In this document: positions 58,946 through 64,000 of the stretch, one piece after another
Layout: every line of letters starts with the position of its first letter
How positions within the stretch are numbered: position 1 is the first letter of the stretch
Source of the DNA: an uncultured delta proteobacterium
GTDB taxonomy: Bacteria > Desulfobacterota > Binatia > Binatales > Binataceae
DNA length: 64,000 nt
Direction of reading: 5' to 3'
Assembly (NCBI GenBank): GCA_963794325.1
Contig: CAWCDG010000005.1
Location: 1-64,000, forward strand
The notes under the pieces: generated by a model
Databases searched by the model: none
The model's input: only the letters and a program-made list of their open reading frames with translations
Told to the model about the DNA's origin: nothing
Position numbers and translations under genes: made by a program

Positions 58946-59809
58946 ATGCAGCTATTTCGTAAGATTCTCTGCCCGGTCGCGTTCAGCGATAACGCGATGG
59001 CGGCGCTTGACCAGGCGGCCAAGCTCGCTCGAAAAGACGACGCGCTGCTGTACTTGATGCACGTCGAGTTCGTACCTATAGGCGACCCGGCCAAACTTGA
59101 TCCCTACGCCAAGGTTTCGACGCAACCTGACAAACTACGGTTAGAGCGGATCGCGCGAAAACACCTGGCCAAGGTCCGGCACGAGATTCTCGTGCAAGTT
59201 GGATGGCCCGCGGAATTAATCGAAAAGGCCGCAGAGGATCTTGACGTCGATCTGATTGCTATGGCGACTCACGAGCGGGCACGCATCGATCGTCTGTTTA
59301 TCGGGAGTATCGCTGAACATGTGCTTCGCACGTCGAAGCGACCGGTCCTGAGCTTCGGTCCCGGAACCGCCATCGGAGCGCTGAAGAAGATTCTTTGCCT
59401 GGTTGATTTTGATCCAGACTCGATTGCCGCACTGAACTTTGGATGGCGCCTGGCCCAAAAATATAGCAGCGCGATATGCCTACTGCGTGTAGTCCCGGTG
59501 CCCTTCGAGCCGTCGGAAGTTCCCGTAGAGCCATCGACACCTGAATGGGAGCAAGATGCCCGCGCTCGGCTCGTAAAGGTAGCGGCTGAAATTCTGGGCG
59601 CCAAAACCAAGTGTGAACTTATTGTGCGACGTGGAGACTCCGCCAGCGCGATACTCGAGGTCGAAAAGGAACTTCAGCCCGATCTGATCGTAATGCCTTC
59701 GCATGAACAGTCCGGATTGGGCCACCTGATTTTTGGAAGCGTGGCCGAGCGTACGGTTCGCGAATCGAACGTTCCAGTGCTGACGGTCCGACGGCACCCC
59801 GCGGTCTGA
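58946..59809 (+). CDS. Tandem-domain universal stress protein
   Basis: Two USP domains (GSIAEHVLR, GSVAERTVR). Confidence 0.92.
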   Translation: MQLFRKILCPVAFSDNAMAALDQAAKLARKDDALLYLMHVEFVPIGDPAKLDPYAKVSTQPDKLRLERIARKHLAKVRHEILVQVGWPAELIEKAAEDLDVDLIAMATHERARIDRLFIGSIAEHVLRTSKRPVLSFGPGTAIGALKKILCLVDFDPDSIAALNFGWRLAQKYSSAICLLRVVPVPFEPSEVPVEPSTPEWEQDARARLVKVAAEILGAKTKCELIVRRGDSASAILEVEKELQPDLIVMPSHEQSGLGHLIFGSVAERTVRESNVPVLTVRRHPAV

Positions 59810-60036
59810 TCTATAGCGGTGGCCAGACTTCGCTCGGATCGTTCCCGCGAGCAAGTCTGGTCAACGTATATGGATTGATTTATCCCGTCGCGCTCAATTC
59901 ACAGTGGGCCTGCTTGCGCCTCCTGCACTAGGCGGCCCGACGCCTAATTGCGTGTCTGCCCGACCAATTTATCGAGCCTCGCGACCCCGCACCGATTTGA
60001 TTCGCCCCGGCGGTTTTGCTTTCAGAAATGGATCGT

Positions 60037-62026
60037 CTAGCTGCCAGTGCCCGTCAGGCTCACGTTGCGCGGGCTGGTCGGATCCTCCGGGACATTGACG
60101 GTCAGCGTCGCGCTCTCGCCGGCGGCGGTCGTGGGCTTGAACCTTACGCCGATCGTGCACGACGTGTTGCCCACCAGCGACACGCCGCAGGTCCCACCCG
60201 TAATCGTGAAGTCACCAGAGTTGGGGCCGCTGACTGAACTGCCAATCGAAATGGTGAACGGCGACTTGTTGGTGACCGTGGTCTTGAGCAGCTTCGAAGA
60301 CGTTCGCGACACCGTGCCGTAAGAAAGTGTGATCGGGGAAACCGTTTCCGGAATCGTCCCCGCCACCGTGAATGTAACATTGTAGGGACTGAGCGGGTCA
60401 GGGCTGTCCGCGAAGGTCACCGTCGCGGATTCGCTGCCCAGCACGCCGGGCGTGAAAGTCACCTTCTTCGTGCAATATGTCTTGCCGGCCAGCGTCGACC
60501 CGCAAGTGCCGCCGCCGATCGCGAAGTCGGCCGCATTAGGACCGCTGACGCTCTGGCTCAACGAAACGGTGACGCTCTGCTTGTTCGAGAGCGTGAAGGT
60601 CTTGACTACGCTGGCGCCGAACTTTACGTCGCCGGTCGAGAAGCTGGTCGGCGACACGGTCAGGTCGGCCGTGCCGGTGCCGGAGAGCGCTACATTCTGC
60701 GTGCCGGTGCCACTGTTATCGGTCAACGTTAGCGTGGCCGATCGTGCGCCAAGCGCATCGGGCGTGAAATGTATTGGAATCGTGCAAGTCAAGGCGTGCG
60801 CGAGGCCGCTTGCCGGGCAGGTCGAGGCGCCGGGGGCGAACTCCGCCGGGTTGTTCGACGATACGCCGTCCAGAAAGAACGGCTTCAAGCCGGTGTTCTT
60901 GATAGTCAGGGTCTTGCTGACAGTGTCACCAACTGGGGAACTCCCGAACGCCAGAGATGTCGCCACGGAAATGGTCGTCGGCGTCGCGGTTGCAGTCGGC
61001 GTCGCAGTCTGAGTTGCTGTTGGCGTCGGGGTCGAAGTCGCAGTTGCGGTCGACGTCGCCGTTGCCGTCTGTGTAGCCGTCGCGGTCTGTGTAGCTGTCG
61101 CTGTTGATGTCGCCGTGGCCGTTGCGGTTGCCGTCGAGGTCGCGTCGAGTGGACGTCGCCGTCGCAGTAGGCGTCGCGGTTGCAGTCTTAGTGCTGGTGG
61201 CCGTTGCAGTCGCGGTTTGAGTAGCCGTCGCCGTGGATGTCGCAGTCGCAGTAGGTGTTGCGGTTGCAGTTTTAGTGCTGGTGGACGTTGCAGTCGCGGT
61301 TTGAGTAGCCGTCGCAGTCGCCGTCGCGGTTGCAGTCTTAGTGCTGGTGGACGTTGCAGTCGCCGTGGCGGTCGGCGTCGGCGAGGCGACCGTGCCGCGG
61401 TTTAGATACACGGTATCGATCGCAAAATCGCTGCATGAACCCGTGCAACTCGTGATGCTGAAAGTCGCCGCGGCGATGTTGGCCCCGCTCTGGTCTATCA
61501 CTCCGAGATAGGTCGCGTCGCCGTTCGGGTTGCTGGTTACCGAGATGGTACCTAGAAAAATCCCGCCTTTGACGAGTTGTAATTGCGCGGTGAATTGAGC
61601 CGGTCCGTCCGCCTGGATTAAGGCGCCGACCCCCGAAACAGGAGCGCCGAAGGAGAGGCCCAAGGGTCCGTTACCGCTATTGCCGAGGTCGGAAGTCCAA
61701 ATGAGGCTATCGTCCGCGTTGAATCCCGCACCGTTCCAACTGCACGAAGCAGCCGGGCATACCACCGACACCAGGCTGCCCGCCCCACCCAGGTTAACGG
61801 AGAGGTTGAGCCCTCCGCCCGAGTTGGCCTTGACGGTGGCTCCGAGCGAGGTCCCGTTTACTCCGAGCTGTGACCAGTTGACGGTATCGTTTGCATTCTG
61901 AGCGGCGGCGCTCGTCACCGCCTGCAGCGTATCTGCCCGGCAGATCGTCGCCGTCAACAAACTTGCCAGGAGTACTCCGCAGAGCGCGCCGATGGTTCGA
62001 CGCTGAATATTTTGCCGCCGTTCCAT
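60037..62026 (-). CDS. Secreted surface protein: N-terminal beta domain, Thr/Ala linker, 3 Ig-like (choice-of-anchor D/ASH-like) repeats; frameshift near 61145
   Basis: Signal peptide; TATATPT linker; three repeats of DF.I...TC...L.....C...V.F.P...G..SAT; track ORFs 60926..62125 and 60037..60966 join across the repeat. Confidence 0.82.
60965..61390 (-). repeat. Thr/Ala-rich low-complexity coding repeat
   Basis: Repeated TATATPT/TSTKT units. Confidence 0.85.
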
Positions 62027-62031
62027 CGGGG

Positions 62032-63252
62032 TCACATGCAGGCCGCGCCCGCATCCTGGCCGAAGGTGCCGTTGTCGGAATACCAGTCGTTGACGCCGAG
62101 CGAGGGTACCTGGCGATAGAACCACGAGAAGAACGCCAGCTCTTGCATGCGATAAGTAAAATTGTTGGAGCCCACCAGCGCCGGAAAGTCAGTGCCGCTC
62201 AGAGGATCGCCGACTTCCAGGTTGTTCTGGCATCCGCTCACTTGTCCGGTATGGCCCCACGCAGGCGTCGGATTGTTGCCGACAGGGTCGTCCATCCATT
62301 CGCCGATCTCATGGCTCATCGCCGTGAGGGTGGAAAGGCCGGTGAAAATTCCGCTGGTGTCATAGTCGGCTGGCGAGTACGTCTGGAGCGGATTTCCGTA
62401 GGCGCCGTGGTATCCGATGATGCAACAGTTCGAGGGGAAACTCGGAGTTCCGCTCGTCATCACCACGTTCTTCAGCAAAAATATCGGCAACGCGGTGGGA
62501 CCGACTCCTGATCCCGCCAGGCTCGGGATGATCGTTCCCGTGACGATGGGATCGAACCAGTTGATATTCATGACGCCGATCGTCCCGCCGCATCCGCCGT
62601 ATGCCGCGGTGGAAAACACCGACCCGTCTGCCGCCGGTACATTGACCGTCACGGCGGAAAGCGTCGTCACCGGGCTCAGCGTCGTGTGATAGAAACTTCC
62701 GGTCGGCGAAACGTTGGTCCAGAAGTTGGCGCGCTGAAAAGCGTCAACATACTGCGTCACGCCCATATCGACGCCACCCATCGAAATATCCAGCGGCGTG
62801 AATAGCGGCGATTGCTGGGTCAGACTGAGCGGAGTTCCCGAGGGCGAACAGCTACTGTCCGTCGCGGTCGGATCGAACGTGGCGCCGCCGGAAAAAACAA
62901 TTTTCAGCGGAACGATTACGGTCGTGACGTTGGTCGTCCTGGCGCCGTGGAAGAACGGACTGCGGCCGACCATCGTGCCGCTGTAATTGTGACCGTCCAG
63001 CGGCGACGTGATGCTGTAGTTCCACAGCGGGATCGTCGTCGCGCTGGCCGGCGCTATAACGGACTGCGCGTTGATACCCCGGGGCGGTAGGACCGTGAAG
63101 TAGGCCTGCGGGGCCTGCAGGGGTGCGGAATCTTGCGCGAACAGGCTCGCGCTCGTCCCGAAAACGCAGGCATACAACAGGGCGGCGCACACGCTGAGCT
63201 TCATCAGAACCGTTCGCAGGTTGGTTCTGTGGGGGGTGCGTCGTGTGTGCAT
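62032..63252 (-). CDS. Secreted hypothetical protein with HExxE-DP motif
   Basis: Signal peptide; IGYHG, SHEIGEWMDDP, LEVGDP. Confidence 0.78.
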   Translation of the reverse strand: MHTRRTPHRTNLRTVLMKLSVCAALLYACVFGTSASLFAQDSAPLQAPQAYFTVLPPRGINAQSVIAPASATTIPLWNYSITSPLDGHNYSGTMVGRSPFFHGARTTNVTTVIVPLKIVFSGGATFDPTATDSSCSPSGTPLSLTQQSPLFTPLDISMGGVDMGVTQYVDAFQRANFWTNVSPTGSFYHTTLSPVTTLSAVTVNVPAADGSVFSTAAYGGCGGTIGVMNINWFDPIVTGTIIPSLAGSGVGPTALPIFLLKNVVMTSGTPSFPSNCCIIGYHGAYGNPLQTYSPADYDTSGIFTGLSTLTAMSHEIGEWMDDPVGNNPTPAWGHTGQVSGCQNNLEVGDPLSGTDFPALVGSNNFTYRMQELAFFSWFYRQVPSLGVNDWYSDNGTFGQDAGAACM

Positions 63253-63569
63253 CAAAGCAGTTCTCATTCTTTCGAGACTCGTCTACTGGCGGTATTCAAT
63301 CAAACAGCGTGTTTCCTTACGTGAATCGAACCCTACTAAAAGTATAATTCTCTGTCAAGCGGTTTCTCGAAAAAAAACAGCGCGACGCCTCAGGCAGTCG
63401 ACGGTAGATTGTTAAACGCGTCGCCGCTATGCGCAGGAGAGGCCCCGCTATCGTGTCATCGCGGACGCCATTTCGCCGCGGCTCGCGCTGCGGTACAAAT
63501 CATTACTCGGACTCTGATATTTTCATCGGGCGCATCCCCGCGGTTTGCGGCCGGAGCAGGATACATCAC

Positions 63570-64000
63570 ATGGCGGATGATAAAAATTCTCTGAGATCAA
63601 ACAGTAGCGTCCTGGTTGACGGACCTTCGCGGGCGCCGGCCCGCGCCATGCTCAAGGCCGTCGGGTTTACCGATGAAGATTTGAGCAAGCCGCTCATCGC
63701 CGTCGCGCATACCTGGATCGAGATCATGCCCTGCACGGCCCATCTGCGGGATCTCGCGGAGCATGTTAAGCGCGGGATTCGCGCGGCGGGGGCGACGCCG
63801 ATCGAGTTCAACACGATTGCCGTATGCGACGGGATCTCGATGGGGACGCATGGGATGCGCGCTTCCCTGATCAGCCGCGAAGTCATCGCGGACTCGATCG
63901 AGCTCACCGTGCGCGGGCATCTGTTTGATGGCGTCGTGGCGATGTCGGGATGCGACAAGACAATTCCCGCAACTGTGATGGCGTTGCAGCGGCTCGACCT
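63570..64000 (+). CDS. ilvD: Dihydroxy-acid dehydratase, 5' part
   Basis: Manual translation from ATG 63570: RAPARAMLKAVG...PCTAH...CDGISMGT.GMRASLISREVIADSIE...GCDKTIP. Confidence 0.95.
   Translation, partial: MADDKNSLRSNSSVLVDGPSRAPARAMLKAVGFTDEDLSKPLIAVAHTWIEIMPCTAHLRDLAEHVKRGIRAAGATPIEFNTIAVCDGISMGTHGMRASLISREVIADSIELTVRGHLFDGVVAMSGCDKTIPATVMALQRLD

Noticed and set aside
60965-61390. Tandem array as a non-coding element
   Set aside because: Encodes a Thr/Ala linker inside a secreted protein

Overview
GC-rich bacterial chromosome segment. The gene content (F420-dependent LLM enzyme, Thr/Ala-linker Ig-like surface protein, P3A H+-ATPase) suggests an acidic-soil lineage such as Ca. Binatota or Acidobacteria; this is inference only. 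(i) 1-6638 is the right end of an integrative conjugative element (traG/virD4, MOBP relaxase, traD, traF, candidate oriT, RHH gene, trbI-trbG-trbF). It ends in a 3' tRNA-Leu fragment (att site) preceded by an arm-type tandem repeat. (ii) 6.7-23.4 kb is mostly housekeeping (ompA-like, orphan RRE + ABC exporter, LLM oxidoreductase, nadE, VOC/FAH, PAP2 + acyltransferase, GST, msrA, modABC), with REP-like inverted repeats and two small ORFs with their own regulatory signals. (iii) 23.4-25.75 kb holds two atypical exported proteins and an autoregulated XRE gene around tRNA-Arg(CCT). (iv) About 26-59.8 kb is a large stress, ion-homeostasis and fermentation cluster: EmrB, ClC-CBS, USPs, NhaP, NIP-like aquaporin, a 7-heme-motif cytochrome with a small membrane partner plus a decayed paralogous pair, PPK2, a P3A H+-ATPase with an unusual repeat N-terminus, adhP, xfp, ackA, GH144, tal and zwf. 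(v) 60-64 kb has two secreted proteins and the start of ilvD. Several genes carry short frameshifts that may be assembly errors. No CRISPR array or rRNA was seen. Family assignments come from motif recognition, not database searches.
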